64,000 bases of DNA, taken from IMG/VR virus record IMGVR_UViG_3300021399_000113, positions 1 through 64,000 of that record. One strand, written 5' to 3'. The DNA is from a virus. Lineage: Duplodnaviria; Caudoviricetes. A program made the position numbers and the translations under genes. Shown piece after piece: positions 1 to 10,763 of this stretch. Under the pieces are notes generated by a model, which searched no databases, was not told where the DNA came from, and was given only the letters and a program-made list of their open reading frames with translations. Position 1 is the stretch's first letter; each line of letters opens with the position of its first letter.

Positions 1-150
1 TAATTCGGTAGTAAAGTATATGCCACAATCGTACTCACAATTCTCAGCAATAGCACGTTTGGCATATTTCATTACATCTTTAGGCTTAATATTTCTATGA
101 CGTTTAATCCATGAAAATGTTCGATAGAAAAATCTTCTTATATAAAACAT
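1..150 (-). CDS. hypothetical protein, partial (runs off left edge)
   Basis: ATG at 150-148 with AGGAGG RBS and own promoter; frame open to position 1 (MFYIRRFFYRTFSW...). Confidence 0.7.
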   Translation of the reverse strand, partial: MFYIRRFFYRTFSWIKRHRNIKPKDVMKYAKRAIAENCEYDCGIYFTTEL

Positions 151-173
151 TGTATAAGTCCTCCTTTGTGAAC

Positions 174-202
174 AGTATAGCATAGAAAATAAAATTTGTC
201 AA
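174..202 (-). promoter_or_regulatory. sigma70/sigmaA-type promoter
   Basis: TTGACA-N17-TATACT on minus strand, with TG extended -10. Confidence 0.8.
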
Positions 203-265
203 TATTGTATAATATCGTATAGGAATGAACATTAGTTTCTTTATATTAAAGAGGATTAAAATAAA

Positions 266-3200
266 ATGTCAATCGTAAACCCAACAACAAATATAAGTTA
301 TACAAATAAGGATTTTGAAACAATCTACCCAGAATTATTAGATTTGGTTTCAAAATTATCCTTGACTTGGAATCCATCTATAAGTAATGAATCGGATGCT
401 GGTGTTGTTTTACTTAAAGTCATGGCACTTATGGGGGATAAAGTCAATTATAATATTGATAAAAATATCCTTGAAACATTTCCAACATCGGTGACCCAAG
501 ACAAGAACGCTTGGGCTTTATTTGAGCAACTTGGATATAATATGCACTGGCTGTTAAGCGGTACAACAGATGTATCATTTAAATACATCGGTGAGGATGA
601 AGGTACAACAGTTAATATCCCAAGATTTACAATGGTATCAGATATTGAAACTGAACACATCTATACACTCATAACACCGCTTATTTTTACAACAGGGGAG
701 GATACCAACAAAGCATTTACTGTTCCAGCAATTCAAGGAATTGCTACTAAATTTGAAGTAAATGGTGAAACCCTTATAACACCACAATATATTGATGATA
801 AAAATAGAGTATATTTTGCTGAATCAAATATTGCTGAAAATGGTATATTTATTAACAATAGCGGATATGAAAACTACGATGAATGGGTAAAGGTTGATAA
901 CTTATCAGTTCAAGCCCTTAATACAAAATGCTATAAGTTTGGTGTAGATATATCTACTGGTAACTGTTATATTGAGTTTCCATCTGACTATTCCACATTG
1001 TTTGACGCAGGAATAAATATTACTTATATTAAATCAGACGGACAGAATGGTAATATTGCGCCTTATGTTATCGAACAGTTCTATAATTTAGGAGAGACAG
1101 ATGTTGAGCTGAACACTGATACATATAGACTCGCTAACTTATCCGCAGTACAAAATGGTCAAAATAGCGAGACTATTGAAGATGCTTATAAGGCATATAA
1201 AAAGACCATTGGAGTATTTAACACTCTGAACTCATTAGCTGATTACACTAATTATATCACATCATCTAACCTTGTGTCAAATGGGTTTGTTACCGATAGA
1301 ACATGTGATATACAAGACAGTTATTATATTGTCACAGATGATTTAACTGGTATCAGTGGAAAGAAGTTGGTAATTGCTGAGAATAGCGGAACACCTAAGA
1401 TGCTCCCATTTGATTTAAAGATGTACCTCACGCAGTATGTACCTACAATAGATACAAAGACCAACTTTGATAAGACCTTTGATATTGTGTCTGCTAAGCC
1501 TCTGCAATCTGTACTGTCCTATATTGATTTAGTTAAGAATGTACAGCACAACTTTATTGATATAGAATCAAACAGATTGGTTATGCTGAAAAATAAATAC
1601 CCAATTTCTGTTAAAATTATTCCTCAGTACACACTTACTGAATTACAGATGTCAGAAATCAGAGAGAATATTAAGACATCATTATATAATTATCTCAATG
1701 CTAATAACATTGAATTTGGACAGCAAGTAACGTTTGATGATGTGTATGATATAATCACGAACAGTGATGAACGTATTAAAGCCATTGTGCTTGATGATTT
1801 AACATATTCGACAGTGGCTGTGTATTATGATGGAACGAATTTTAATGAAATTGATTTTAATGAAATTGATTTGAATAATAAGGACTTGATGAATGAGATG
1901 TACGCTAAATCTGTATTGTCAGGTCATACTCAATTATTACAGCCAGATAGGACATTTAATTATAGTGTTGAGCAGTCATCAAATGGTATAATTGAAAACA
2001 TTAGAACACTTGATACAAACGTTGATATAACATTATTTGCACCAAATGACCAGTCAAGTACATCTGCTAACTACACACTTAAAGAAAATGAAAACATACA
2101 GTTCTATGCTCCAAACCTCATTGATATGAATGAGTATAGCAACTATATTAAATACGAATATGTCAATACTGCTGACCCTACTTCAACACTTGCAAAAGAT
2201 GTTGACCACATGTTGTTATCGACAGAATCAGTAGCACTTTATTGGAAGACAGAAGACAGTGAAGATGCATATTATCATTATGCTAAGTACACTGCTGGTA
2301 GTATCCTTAAGCCATCATTTGTTATTGAGCAAGGTACAAATTATGGGGCAACTCTTCCACAAGGAGAGGGAGTAATTACAGACCCTACATTAAATGCACA
2401 TATTGCGAATGATGTAGAGCAATTACTTACTGCAACACGTACTCTCACCTATCGTGAGATTAATAACCATGTATTAGATAATGCTTATAATTATTGTTAT
2501 TGGATTACAAACAAGACAGTAACAATCAATGGGGCTACAAAGTATCAGTTATTCACTGACACAACAGATGAATATATTCTGCAATCTGGAGAATATTTTA
2601 TCTTCACGAATGCAGGTTATAGTGAATTAAACATCTTAGGGTCTGGTACAAAAATCACCCGTAACAGAATTGGTTTAACCCCTTGTGAACCTTGGTATGT
2701 AGATGCTATTGACTATTCGAAGATTTTATCTGAGGGTATTTCAGTATTCTCTGATGAAAGTTGGAAAGTGTTCAGAGGGGCAGATGTAACCTTAGACGTT
2801 ACAGAAATGCAGTTTATTAATTTGGGTAAAGGTACAGAATTACTTGTAACTCGTACTGATACTACAAAGCCTCTTGCATTTAATAACAGCGGTCTTGTTT
2901 ATAACACTTCTGTATTGGCTGATTTTAATATCACATATAGATTAGTTGACAGCACAACCTATGAATATCTTCCAAGCATTGTTAATAGTAGCATTGCATG
3001 GAGTGGTAGGTCAGTATTAGACGTTTCAATGTCGAGTGAATCTGCACAAAATCTTTATGTAAATCAAAGTATTGTAGCACATTTAGTTGACGGAACGTCC
3101 GAAACCTTAACGGGTATAGGTACAACAGTAGCAGACTGTTTAAGGATTATTCCTAACGTTACCCTTGATTTATCTGGTGGTATTGGTATTCCTACGGACA

Positions 3201-3826
3201 TTACAGATATAAATGGAAATGTTAGTTACCTTAAGCTGTATTCGTTTAATCTGGCAACGAGAAGTGATGAGACTAATGTTAAGTTTATGGCAAGTGGAAA
3301 TGTTGATGTTGTGTTCACAACATCAACAACTTATGATATTATATTTACTTTACCAGTAGGTGATTACTTACTTCCATTAGTAAATAACACAAATGTATTA
3401 TCCCATCTTACATTAAAGGGTGGTCACACAAATACAACACAAGCAACACTGTTTGACATTACAGCAACTGAATCAGATTTTTCAGCTCAGAAGACGCATT
3501 ACATTAAGTTATCAATAACAGACGATGGAGTGCCATATAAATTATCGGTTGTAATAACTCGTACAAGTGGTTCTTCAAGTCAAAAGATAACTCTTAAAAA
3601 TGCCATTAAGTATACAGTTCCTACAGAAGTTGTATACGCTGATATTATGGATAAAATCAGAGAGCTTGATACAGATAATATATTTGATTACTCATATGAG
3701 GTGGCAGAGGCTGATTTAGTAGAAAATCCATTCATTGCCGCATCATACTTCTCTGATGACCACATATATAATAAGTATTGCATTTGTCAGTTGTCAGACT
3801 TATCAATATCAATAATTAACAGGTAA
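266..3826 (+). CDS. baseplate wedge protein (T4 gp6/baseplate J-like N-terminus)
   Basis: YTNKDF...W...ESDAGVVLL...YNID..ILE.F and G...ETIE motifs typical of baseplate wedge proteins; 1186 aa. Confidence 0.8.
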   Translation: MSIVNPTTNISYTNKDFETIYPELLDLVSKLSLTWNPSISNESDAGVVLLKVMALMGDKVNYNIDKNILETFPTSVTQDKNAWALFEQLGYNMHWLLSGTTDVSFKYIGEDEGTTVNIPRFTMVSDIETEHIYTLITPLIFTTGEDTNKAFTVPAIQGIATKFEVNGETLITPQYIDDKNRVYFAESNIAENGIFINNSGYENYDEWVKVDNLSVQALNTKCYKFGVDISTGNCYIEFPSDYSTLFDAGINITYIKSDGQNGNIAPYVIEQFYNLGETDVELNTDTYRLANLSAVQNGQNSETIEDAYKAYKKTIGVFNTLNSLADYTNYITSSNLVSNGFVTDRTCDIQDSYYIVTDDLTGISGKKLVIAENSGTPKMLPFDLKMYLTQYVPTIDTKTNFDKTFDIVSAKPLQSVLSYIDLVKNVQHNFIDIESNRLVMLKNKYPISVKIIPQYTLTELQMSEIRENIKTSLYNYLNANNIEFGQQVTFDDVYDIITNSDERIKAIVLDDLTYSTVAVYYDGTNFNEIDFNEIDLNNKDLMNEMYAKSVLSGHTQLLQPDRTFNYSVEQSSNGIIENIRTLDTNVDITLFAPNDQSSTSANYTLKENENIQFYAPNLIDMNEYSNYIKYEYVNTADPTSTLAKDVDHMLLSTESVALYWKTEDSEDAYYHYAKYTAGSILKPSFVIEQGTNYGATLPQGEGVITDPTLNAHIANDVEQLLTATRTLTYREINNHVLDNAYNYCYWITNKTVTINGATKYQLFTDTTDEYILQSGEYFIFTNAGYSELNILGSGTKITRNRIGLTPCEPWYVDAIDYSKILSEGISVFSDESWKVFRGADVTLDVTEMQFINLGKGTELLVTRTDTTKPLAFNNSGLVYNTSVLADFNITYRLVDSTTYEYLPSIVNSSIAWSGRSVLDVSMSSESAQNLYVNQSIVAHLVDGTSETLTGIGTTVADCLRIIPNVTLDLSGGIGIPTDITDINGNVSYLKLYSFNLATRSDETNVKFMASGNVDVVFTTSTTYDIIFTLPVGDYLLPLVNNTNVLSHLTLKGGHTNTTQATLFDITATESDFSAQKTHYIKLSITDDGVPYKLSVVITRTSGSSSQKITLKNAIKYTVPTEVVYADIMDKIRELDTDNIFDYSYEVAEADLVENPFIAASYFSDDHIYNKYCICQLSDLSISIINR

Positions 3827-3832
3827 TTATAG

Positions 3833-4414
3833 ATGTCAAAATTATTAAGACTACAAGATAATATTTGTTCTATTTATTGTGAACAGTCAAGAGATTTTCA
3901 GTTATTGTGTAGGCTCATTGATTGCATATATAATGGTAATAAAAATGATTGTGATGAAATTGTGCAATCATTGTTCACTAAGGACGTTAGTGGAACTTTA
4001 TTACCATTATTGCAATCAAAACTTGGATTTTTTACAAACAAAGCTATAAACAATAACTCAATGCGTGTAATTCTTGATGCTTTCCCTACAATTATGAAAT
4101 ATAAAGGGTCAAAGCAAGGAATTATATATGCAATAAACACATTTGTTAAGATTGAACACATAACTTCACCAATTTTCGTACAAATAGTAAATACTCAAAT
4201 GGTCAATGGTGAATTGGAGTATTTATATAAAATTAAAATTGGAGTTAAAGAAGAAGTGCGTAATTCTTACATATTAGAAGAATTATTAAAATATATAATT
4301 CCAACTGGGTATATAGTAGAGTATGTACCCTATGACACACTTACAAATCTTAATACTAAAGTATTATTTGATAGTTCGACAGTAACAATAACGGCAGGAC
4401 CAGAAAGTGAATAA
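3833..4414 (+). CDS. baseplate protein (P2 gpI/gp53-like)
   Basis: LLPLL..KLG, KYKGS..GI and IIPTG motifs; follows wedge gene. Confidence 0.6.
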   Translation: MSKLLRLQDNICSIYCEQSRDFQLLCRLIDCIYNGNKNDCDEIVQSLFTKDVSGTLLPLLQSKLGFFTNKAINNNSMRVILDAFPTIMKYKGSKQGIIYAINTFVKIEHITSPIFVQIVNTQMVNGELEYLYKIKIGVKEEVRNSYILEELLKYIIPTGYIVEYVPYDTLTNLNTKVLFDSSTVTITAGPESE

Positions 4415-4901
4415 AATGAAAGATGCATTTACTTACCACGGCAAAGTTAAGATAAGCTATAAGATAAATGGAAAGACCTATGAGATTCCAGCTCATAATT
4501 TAGGTACTCAGAACTTGTTTAAATTTCTGTGCCGAAGCTTATGTGGAGCTAATGTTATCAATGATAGACCAATACAGATAGATATAAGAACAAGTACACA
4601 GAGTTCTTTCCTTTATTCCGAATCAATACTTATTGATAAACTTGCTGTATCGACTACATACATAGATGATATTTCTGTTGGTTGGATGGCAAAATTCACA
4701 GCAGAATTAAAATATAATAATCTAAATATGGATATAAGCCCATTAGAGCAAAACTATTTTAGATTATATCTTCAAAATAGTAGTGAAGAGGACTTTGCTT
4801 ATGTTGGTGTAGATTATTTAACCTTAGCCCAACTGCAAGCGGGAACTCAGTTACAGATTGACTGGTGCTTGTATTTCGACAACATTGGACAACAATCATA
4901 A
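4407..4901 (+). CDS. hypothetical protein, probably structural
   Basis: Coupled to baseplate genes; G.V.I...HN..T N-terminus. Confidence 0.6.
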   Translation: MNKMKDAFTYHGKVKISYKINGKTYEIPAHNLGTQNLFKFLCRSLCGANVINDRPIQIDIRTSTQSSFLYSESILIDKLAVSTTYIDDISVGWMAKFTAELKYNNLNMDISPLEQNYFRLYLQNSSEEDFAYVGVDYLTLAQLQAGTQLQIDWCLYFDNIGQQS

Positions 4902-5036
4902 CCTTACTACATTTGTAGTAAGGTATACCTTTTTGGTATACTATAATATAAATATATACATAATATATGTATAATATAAAAATATACGTATATTATGTAT
5001 ATTATAAATAGTATTAAGGGATTTTTGGAGCAAAAT

Positions 5037-5375
5037 ATGAAATACATTAAAAAGAAAAAGTTACCAATTATTACTTGTCCTTCTTGTGGATATGAATACT
5101 TACCAGAAGAAATATATATTCCGATGTTTGTGTTTGGTAAACCTCAAGGGATTATTAGAGATGAGAATGGTAAGATAGAATATTTCTTAGACCATACTAT
5201 GAATTTATCGGAAGATTTCATTTGTCACAAGTGTGGTAAAAAGATTGCAGTTACAGGTACGGTGCAATTTTCAACAAAAGAAGTAGTTAAAGAACAGATT
5301 GAATCAGAATATACCACAAGCAGATATAGAGATACAGATAAATATAATCTATCAGAATCAAATAAGATATTATGA
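5037..5375 (+). CDS. zinc-ribbon protein
   Basis: CPSC and CHKC pairs; GGAG RBS before ATG 5037. Confidence 0.7.
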   Translation: MKYIKKKKLPIITCPSCGYEYLPEEIYIPMFVFGKPQGIIRDENGKIEYFLDHTMNLSEDFICHKCGKKIAVTGTVQFSTKEVVKEQIESEYTTSRYRDTDKYNLSESNKIL

Positions 5376-7045
5376 TAACTATTGAAGAACGTAAAAGCAT
5401 AAAGTGTCCAACTGATACATCATTATTTGTAAGTTTTAATTATAATCAAAATATAGTTGCAGTTGTCAAAAATTTAGGCTTTTCTATTTATAATGCTAAA
5501 ACAAAAGAGTGGGAAGTAGGATTACAATACCTCTCAGACCTTATCACTAAATTATCAATGTATGATGAAATTACGTTGAATATACTGCCTACCAATTTAA
5601 ACGAGGATAGGGCTGATATTGTTTATCCCATAGAGGAAATTAAAACACCTTTATTTGATTATCAAAAAGATGGTGTGCAATTTGGATTAAATCATGACAA
5701 GTGGTTATTATTAGATGCTACTGGTTTAGGAAAATCCCTCACAATGATTTCCCTTGCGTATAATCTTAAAATGCAAGGAAAGATTAATAAGGTTTTAGTT
5801 ATATGTGGTATCAATGCCTTAAAGACAAACTGGAAGAAAGAGATAGAAAAGCACAGCGATTTATCTTGTCGAATACTCGGAGAGTATAAGAACAAAAAGG
5901 GAAACCTTGCAGTAGGTGGTGTTAAAGACAGACTTGCACAACTGCAATCTCCAATCAAAGAGTTCTTCACTATAACTAATATTGAGACATTAAGAGATGA
6001 TAATATTATCAAAGAATTAACAAAGAAAAAGGCTGTTAATAAATTTGATATGATTATTGTTGATGAAATCCATAGATGCAAAGATGCTGGGTCTGTTCAA
6101 GGGGCTAACTTATTAAAATTGCAAGCGCCTTATAAAGTTGGAATGACTGGTACAATTATTATGAACAATCCCTTAGATGTGTATGCGCCTTTGGAATTCA
6201 TAAATAAAGTCCACAAAGATTCCCTTACTGCTTTTAAACAATATTTTTGTAATTATAATAGTTTTAAACAGATAATAGGATTTAAGAATATATCTACTCT
6301 AAAGGATATATTAGGGGAGTGTTCGTTAAGAAGAACGAAAGATTTACTTCAGTTACCGCCCAAAACAATTATAAATGAATATGTTGATATGGATGCTAAA
6401 CATCAACAATTTTATCAACATATTGTAGATGGAGTTGTAGATGAAGTGGATAAGGTAAAAATATCAACTGCTTCTTTATTGGCAATGGTAACAAGGCTGA
6501 GACAAGCCACGGCACTTCCTTCTATATTAACAACGGAAAACATTCCTCCATCAAAAGTTAATAGATGTGTAGAATTAGTAAATGAGTTGGTAGAGAATGG
6601 GGAAAAGGTTGTTATCTTCTCTACTTTCAAAGATACTTGCTATGAGATTAGTAAGCAGTTACCATTTAAACATGTACTGTGTACAGGAAATGAAAAGGAT
6701 TTGATGCCCTATGCTGACCAGTTCCAAAATGATGATGAGTGTAAAGCTTTTATCGGAACATGGCAGAAGTGTGGTACTGGTATTACATTAACTAAAGGTA
6801 CATCAATGATATTTATTGATACTCCTTGGACAGATAGTGATTACTTACAAGCACAAGACAGAATCTATAGAATAGGTACAAATAAATCTGTTACTATTTA
6901 TAATTTGATTTGTACTGGGACAATAGATGAGCGTGTGTTACAGTTAGTAACAAGTAAAGGTGCTATATCAGATTACATTGTTGATGATAAAATCTCAGCA
7001 AACACATTGAATAGTTTAAGACAATATATAGAAGATTTAAAATAA
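5372..7045 (+). CDS. SNF2-family DEAD/DEAH helicase
   Basis: DATGLGKS, DEIH, TGT and QAQDRIYRIG motifs. Confidence 0.92.
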   Translation: MITIEERKSIKCPTDTSLFVSFNYNQNIVAVVKNLGFSIYNAKTKEWEVGLQYLSDLITKLSMYDEITLNILPTNLNEDRADIVYPIEEIKTPLFDYQKDGVQFGLNHDKWLLLDATGLGKSLTMISLAYNLKMQGKINKVLVICGINALKTNWKKEIEKHSDLSCRILGEYKNKKGNLAVGGVKDRLAQLQSPIKEFFTITNIETLRDDNIIKELTKKKAVNKFDMIIVDEIHRCKDAGSVQGANLLKLQAPYKVGMTGTIIMNNPLDVYAPLEFINKVHKDSLTAFKQYFCNYNSFKQIIGFKNISTLKDILGECSLRRTKDLLQLPPKTIINEYVDMDAKHQQFYQHIVDGVVDEVDKVKISTASLLAMVTRLRQATALPSILTTENIPPSKVNRCVELVNELVENGEKVVIFSTFKDTCYEISKQLPFKHVLCTGNEKDLMPYADQFQNDDECKAFIGTWQKCGTGITLTKGTSMIFIDTPWTDSDYLQAQDRIYRIGTNKSVTIYNLICTGTIDERVLQLVTSKGAISDYIVDDKISANTLNSLRQYIEDLK

Positions 7046-7073
7046 GAGACTGCAAAGGTCTCTTATTTTTTTT
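7041..7073 (+). terminator. rho-independent terminator
   Basis: AATAAGAGAC/GTCTCTTATT hairpin followed by T run. Confidence 0.85.
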
Positions 7074-7078
7074 AACTA

Positions 7079-7107
7079 TTGACAAATTCATTTTTTTGTG
7101 GTATTAT
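7079..7107 (+). promoter_or_regulatory. sigmaA-type early promoter
   Basis: TTGACA-N17-TATTAT. Confidence 0.8.
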
Positions 7108-7134
7108 CTCTGTGTGAAAGAGAGGTAATGAAGT

Positions 7135-7281
7135 ATGGACATCACAGTACGCATTAAGGAATACAGAAAGTATCTTGAAGGGTTACTGAAAGAGGCTGAG
7201 CGAAATTACGGTGAAGATTCAAATGAGTATGAGTACATGAAGGATGCTCTTGATGAGTTCAACAGAAACTTCGAGGTGTAA
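7135..7281 (+). CDS. small hypothetical protein (48 aa)
   Basis: GAGAGGT RBS directly after promoter; MDITVRIKEYRKY...; below ORF-track size cutoff. Confidence 0.7.
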   Translation: MDITVRIKEYRKYLEGLLKEAERNYGEDSNEYEYMKDALDEFNRNFEV

Positions 7282-7286
7282 TAACT

Positions 7287-7463
7287 ATGAATGAGTCATT
7301 TGCTATTGTAAGTGAGTTATATAAGAAATTAGATGAACTTACCAAGGTATACGATATTGTGAAGGATTGGGCATGTTATGCAGACGATAATCATGCAAAC
7401 GATAAAATGATAGAGCTGTGCCACATTCTTGGAATATCAGTAGGTTGGAGGTTTGATGAATGA
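7287..7463 (+). CDS. small hypothetical protein (58 aa)
   Basis: Fills gap, ATGA overlap with next gene. Confidence 0.6.
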   Translation: MNESFAIVSELYKKLDELTKVYDIVKDWACYADDNHANDKMIELCHILGISVGWRFDE

Positions 7464-7747
7464 GCCTTGTAGCACAAGAGTTTGATTTAAGTAGAGTAGT
7501 AACAGATGATTATGGAGAGTTGGAGTCATTTACTGGTAACTCAGTAATGACTTTTGTTGCTATTTATGACCCCAAAAAATATAACCCAAAGAAATTGAAA
7601 AAGGAAATAGATACGTTTTGTGAAGCAGACGCTGACCTCAAGGTGTATACGCCAGATAAGGACGTGGTAATCATGCTTGCAGGTGAGTGGAAGAAGTTGC
7701 AAAAGATGCTTGAAAAGAATTATAAAATTACCCCAAAGGAGAAGTAG
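7460..7747 (+). CDS. hypothetical protein
   Basis: GGAGG RBS, tight packing. Confidence 0.7.
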   Translation: MSLVAQEFDLSRVVTDDYGELESFTGNSVMTFVAIYDPKKYNPKKLKKEIDTFCEADADLKVYTPDKDVVIMLAGEWKKLQKMLEKNYKITPKEK

Positions 7748-7749
7748 CC

Positions 7750-8043
7750 ATGACAGTAATGCAAGTCCTTATAATGTTTATAGCATATATTGTTCTGTTA
7801 TCCCCACTTTGGATTGCACTTATTTATGCTTTTCTGTTAAAGAAGTATGTTTGTGCAGTAAACAGAGAAGATGGGTATAACCTTATAGGGGTTGTAGCCT
7901 TTACAGAGAAAGGTATAGAAAGAAAGCTCGATAAGTTACATAATAAATATGGATGGGGAATAGAAACACGATTTGGTAATAATCGTTATGTAACTCATTT
8001 CCCAAATTACTTATCGCCAATGAACATTTATTGGTTTGTATAA
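7750..8043 (+). CDS. hypothetical membrane protein
   Basis: Hydrophobic N-terminal helix. Confidence 0.65.
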   Translation: MTVMQVLIMFIAYIVLLSPLWIALIYAFLLKKYVCAVNREDGYNLIGVVAFTEKGIERKLDKLHNKYGWGIETRFGNNRYVTHFPNYLSPMNIYWFV

Positions 8044-8057
8044 AAGGAGAAGTTGGT

Positions 8058-8246
8058 ATGACATTAAAATACAACAGAATTGCCCTTATTCCTCATACTT
8101 GTAGTATATGTGATAGAATATTCTGGCTTGAGCCTTATAGGTGTAACTTAGATGACCATTTAATTGCTACATTTGTAGAACCCATCTGTAAAAAGTGTGT
8201 AGACAATTATGTAGATAAAACGGAGGTTACTATAAATAATGATTGA
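8058..8246 (+). CDS. small Cys-rich hypothetical protein
   Basis: AGGAG RBS; CxxC pairs. Confidence 0.6.
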   Translation: MTLKYNRIALIPHTCSICDRIFWLEPYRCNLDDHLIATFVEPICKKCVDNYVDKTEVTINND

Positions 8247-8487
8247 GTGTAATAGATTATGTAAGCAATTCCTTAGAGAAGACACATGTAAAATGTGTCA
8301 GAATGAATATATTGTTAGCGACACATTTTACACTGGAAAAAGACCAATGGGCGACTATACTGTTATTGGGTATCTTGTGCGCTCAAAGGATAATGGAAGT
8401 ATCGTAGGTATTCTTAACAAGAATACCTATTTTAAGGAACTGGCTTGGGTAGAGGCGAATAGTGTAAGAGAGGTGGATAATGTATAG
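8239..8487 (+). CDS. hypothetical protein
   Basis: GGAGG RBS, overlapping neighbours. Confidence 0.6.
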   Translation: MIECNRLCKQFLREDTCKMCQNEYIVSDTFYTGKRPMGDYTVIGYLVRSKDNGSIVGILNKNTYFKELAWVEANSVREVDNV

Positions 8488-9502
8488 TATAAGATTACCT
8501 AAAAAGGTTACTCTTGTTGTATCTGAAATACATACAGTAAAATTAGGAGATAGAACACTACAAGAAGCATATGTAGTGTTTGATAATGACAGCACTGCGT
8601 CTGCAATGAGTTGGGCAAAGTCATGGAAAACTGAGTCAAAGCCCACAATCTATGAATTTGAAGATAACCCCACATTTACATTAAAGTTGTTACGCTCTGC
8701 GTCTGGAAGTTCACAAGGTGGAAAGTTGTCATTTTGGAGATGTGAACTTATTAAAGATGATATTGATGTTGTTGTTGGAATAAATCAAGATATTCTCCTT
8801 GAATTGTTACAGCAGACTAATTTTAATCATGGAGTATGTCAGAGTCCAGTAGTATTCATTAGAGAAGATGCACAAACTGGTGTAGTAGCAATTGACTCAG
8901 ATGCATATAAATCAGCAGTTGAAGCCATGCAATATAAAGAGTCGGTAGCAAAGCAGAAGAAGACTACGAAGTGGGAGCGTGGGCATAAGTATACCACTTT
9001 AACACTCGCTGACGTTTACGTGGGAGACACATATGAACACGTATCTGTAGATAGCAGACGTTGGGGACAGTATACGTTTACGATAAATCCTCATAAAAAG
9101 GTTCGTATGATAGCAACTGAGGATAACTTAAAAAGATATTTTGATAATAAAGATTGGTACTGTGCGTCATATATAGATAAATTTCCATCAAGAAGTGACT
9201 CTGGCGATGCTGGGTATTCCAAAGCAAAACTTGATAAGTTTGCATCAGGTTACTTGGAGAAATTTGCGAATACAGAATTTTGGGTTGATATAGAATTTCT
9301 CTTTAAGTCAGTAAATGATTATATTACTGAAGAGACAGTAGACAGAATTCTTAATTTAGCTAAGAGCCAAGATAAAAATAACAGATGGTATACCTTTACT
9401 TATAGTGTTAAGTACAACGGGGAAGAGAAAGTGTTTAACTATGCGAATGAGGCAATGATTTATGTTATTGACATTTTAAGGGAAGAGAGCGTTATAAGGT
9501 AA
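8480..9502 (+). CDS. hypothetical protein
   Basis: 340-aa ORF with RBS. Confidence 0.8.
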   Translation: MYSIRLPKKVTLVVSEIHTVKLGDRTLQEAYVVFDNDSTASAMSWAKSWKTESKPTIYEFEDNPTFTLKLLRSASGSSQGGKLSFWRCELIKDDIDVVVGINQDILLELLQQTNFNHGVCQSPVVFIREDAQTGVVAIDSDAYKSAVEAMQYKESVAKQKKTTKWERGHKYTTLTLADVYVGDTYEHVSVDSRRWGQYTFTINPHKKVRMIATEDNLKRYFDNKDWYCASYIDKFPSRSDSGDAGYSKAKLDKFASGYLEKFANTEFWVDIEFLFKSVNDYITEETVDRILNLAKSQDKNNRWYTFTYSVKYNGEEKVFNYANEAMIYVIDILREESVIR

Positions 9503-9744
9503 TGACAATACAAGAGTCCTATGAAGTGGCAGATAAAAATGAAATTGCAAAGTCAGTATTATTGCTCGATGCATTTACAAAAATCTTTTGTAGATATAGT
9601 TATGATTATGCACGATTTGGGGATTTAAAGTTTCGTTGTAGTGAGTGCCCCTTTCAAAGAGAGAATGGCGATTGCATAGTAAAAGAATTTAAGAATAGGT
9701 ATGCGTCAGACTACAAAGACTTTGGCAGTATGGGAGATTTATAA
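9502..9744 (+). CDS. hypothetical protein
   Basis: TAATG coupling. Confidence 0.65.
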   Translation: MTIQESYEVADKNEIAKSVLLLDAFTKIFCRYSYDYARFGDLKFRCSECPFQRENGDCIVKEFKNRYASDYKDFGSMGDL

Positions 9745-9953
9745 TGATAAAGATTGTTGCTGATACAATTGACGAACTCACTACTATTAACAATGTAGTT
9801 ATTTCTGGGGTATTAAACATTTCTTGTGCATACAGTAAAAAGAATCCACCGCCCGTATCAAATATTGAGGTGGAGTATAGTTTATCGTCTGGAGACACTC
9901 TGTTGTACAATGAATATAATCGAATAGTAGGAGTTAAGAGTAAAAATGATTGA
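9744..9953 (+). CDS. hypothetical protein
   Basis: TAATG coupling. Confidence 0.6.
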   Translation: MIKIVADTIDELTTINNVVISGVLNISCAYSKKNPPPVSNIEVEYSLSSGDTLLYNEYNRIVGVKSKND

Positions 9954-10542
9954 AGTAAAAGAAATAAAGGAAAATGTGTATGATGACACATATGACAAGA
10001 AATTAAGAGATGAGCTTATTGACGAATCCCTTGCAGGTATTTCATCTCTTAGAGAGAATTTTAATAAGATGTATGGAATTGGGCAGAAAGCTGGACTTGA
10101 AGCTGGACGTGCAGAGGCTTGGGATTGTGCAAGAAAGCTGATACTCTCACCTTGGGATTGTGACGGAGCACTTGGTATAAGTACAGTTCATAAGTTCTTT
10201 AATGGACTTGCCCCATACGATGTACTTATGGAATACTCGGCAAAAGATGTTAAAATCCTTATAGATATGCTTAATGAGAAAGGTAAGGACATAAATGCCC
10301 CTACCAAAAAAGATGTTGCCATTGGTGACGAAGTTAGAGATTTATGGGGGACAGTCGGAATAGTTGTCGGAGTACCATCCAAAGATAATCCCAATTATTC
10401 TGTGGCATGTTGGGATACTGAGAAATGTTGGTATTGCACAGATGAGTGGACACGTGATGAATTTGTTCTCACCCAACATTGTCTGGACAACAAGGAGAAT
10501 GCGCTATCATCAATAATGGTGGATAAGATTAAGGAGAAATAA
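9946..10542 (+). CDS. hypothetical protein
   Basis: AGGAG RBS, 198 aa. Confidence 0.75.
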   Translation: MIEVKEIKENVYDDTYDKKLRDELIDESLAGISSLRENFNKMYGIGQKAGLEAGRAEAWDCARKLILSPWDCDGALGISTVHKFFNGLAPYDVLMEYSAKDVKILIDMLNEKGKDINAPTKKDVAIGDEVRDLWGTVGIVVGVPSKDNPNYSVACWDTEKCWYCTDEWTRDEFVLTQHCLDNKENALSSIMVDKIKEK

Positions 10543-10733
10543 TGATAAAGGAGCAGGTTTTCAATCAAATCATTTCAGAGATAACTGAAAAATTTTCTTA
10601 TTGTGACATTTGCGAGTGGGAAGAAAACTACGACTGGGAAGAGAATAATATCTCAAGTTACAGAGTAGTCGGAAGTGTTAATGATATTATAGATATTATT
10701 AAGAAATATATGGAGATTACTACAGATGATTAA
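10542..10733 (+). CDS. hypothetical protein
   Basis: RBS and TAATG coupling. Confidence 0.6.
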   Translation: MIKEQVFNQIISEITEKFSYCDICEWEENYDWEENNISSYRVVGSVNDIIDIIKKYMEITTDD

Positions 10734-10763
10734 CAATGTAGTAAAGGGAGGAATGTCAATAAA

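Noticed and set aside
1839-1872. 15-bp tandem repeat in baseplate gene (FNEID twice)
   Set aside because: Short in-frame duplication with no sign of function.
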